From contig CADCNT010000017.1 of assembly GCA_902802905.1 (NCBI GenBank), forward strand, positions 186 to 64,185: 64,000 nt of DNA. Reading direction: 5' to 3'. The position numbers were made by a program, and so were the translations under genes. The notes beneath the pieces are model-generated. The model ran no database searches, was not told the origin of the DNA, and saw only the letters and a list, made by a program, of their open reading frames with translations. Every line of letters begins with the position of its first letter. The first letter of the stretch is position 1. The stretch is from an uncultured Erysipelotrichaceae bacterium. GTDB taxonomy: Bacteria > Bacillota_I > Bacilli_A > RFN20 > CAG-826. This document shows positions 63,816 to 64,000 of this stretch, piece after piece.

Positions 63816-64000
63816 ATGAAATACAGTGATGAGGTTTTAAGACTCTCTAATCAAATATGTTTTCCTTTATACGCATCTGGAAAAGAAATTGTTAGAAGAT
63901 ACAAACCATTTTTAGATAAGTTAGATATCACTTACACCCAGTATCTTGTTTTAATGGTGTTATGGGAAAAAGATCACATCTCAGTTAAAGAGATTGGAGA
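63816..64000 (+). CDS. MarR/OhrR-family transcriptional regulator (N-terminal part, truncated by window end)
   Basis: The translation MKYSDEVLRLSNQICFPLYASGKEIVRRYKPFLDKLDITYTQYLVLMVLWE... has the OhrR-type N-terminus with a conserved Cys. Confidence 0.7.
   Translation, partial: MKYSDEVLRLSNQICFPLYASGKEIVRRYKPFLDKLDITYTQYLVLMVLWEKDHISVKEIG

Noticed and set aside
1-64000. CRISPR arrays, rRNA genes, transposases, integrases or prophage structural genes.
   Set aside because: I saw no regularly spaced direct repeats, no rRNA-like sequence and no recombinase-like ORFs. The repeated nucleotide patterns in 12.4-16.6 kb are coding LRR repeats.
1-64000. Mycoplasma-type genetic code (TGA = Trp), given the Mollicutes-like features.
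   Set aside because: TGA serves as the stop in the ATGA overlaps rsmE/mtaB (30384-30387) and 792-aa gene/HAD (44387-44390). All long ORFs are intact under the standard code.

Overview
This is a low-GC (about one-third GC by eye) chromosomal segment from a Bacillota/Mollicutes-related bacterium, possibly Erysipelotrichales, Acholeplasmatales or RF39-like. It uses the standard genetic code: TGA acts as a stop in two ATGA gene overlaps. Almost all genes are on the minus strand.

The backbone is housekeeping:
- tRNA genes: Asp, initiator-like Met, Pro, Arg, Cys, His and one partial tRNA at the window edge.
- Translation and tRNA/rRNA modification: rpsU, rpmF, rsmE-mtaB, tcdA.
- Central metabolism: glnA-glmS, deoC, add, fba, sdaA, cysE, surE.
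- Transport and metal homeostasis: a ZIP/HMA/feoAAB cluster, potABC with a frameshifted potD, mscL, an ECF S component and a K+ channel.

I saw no rRNA, CRISPR array, transposase or integrase.

Two accessory loci stand out.
1. 12303-17582 (-) is a single 1759-aa ORF. It fuses a complete retron/Abi-like reverse transcriptase (YSDD active site) to about 1,400 aa of BspA-type leucine-rich repeats. It has no signal peptide. A roughly 93-nt structured RNA with retron-like a1/a2 geometry sits directly upstream. I regard this as the best candidate for an undescribed, probably defence-related, system.
2. 48441-52926 (-) is a self-contained three-gene unit. It encodes a DUF4062-headed STAND/NLR-like NTPase, a DUF1963/YwqG-like protein and a small helical protein. 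A membrane protein plus an orphan HicB-like gene follow it.

Smaller observations:
- An orphan restriction-endonuclease-like gene beside a tRNA cluster.
- Repeated GTTAG-N6-CTAAC operators at the feo promoter.
- A thrice-repeated terminator element.
- An 11-nt antisense match to the tRNA-Cys anticodon arm in its own trailer.
- A homopolymer frameshift in potD.

All functional calls rest on motif recognition by eye. No database search was run.
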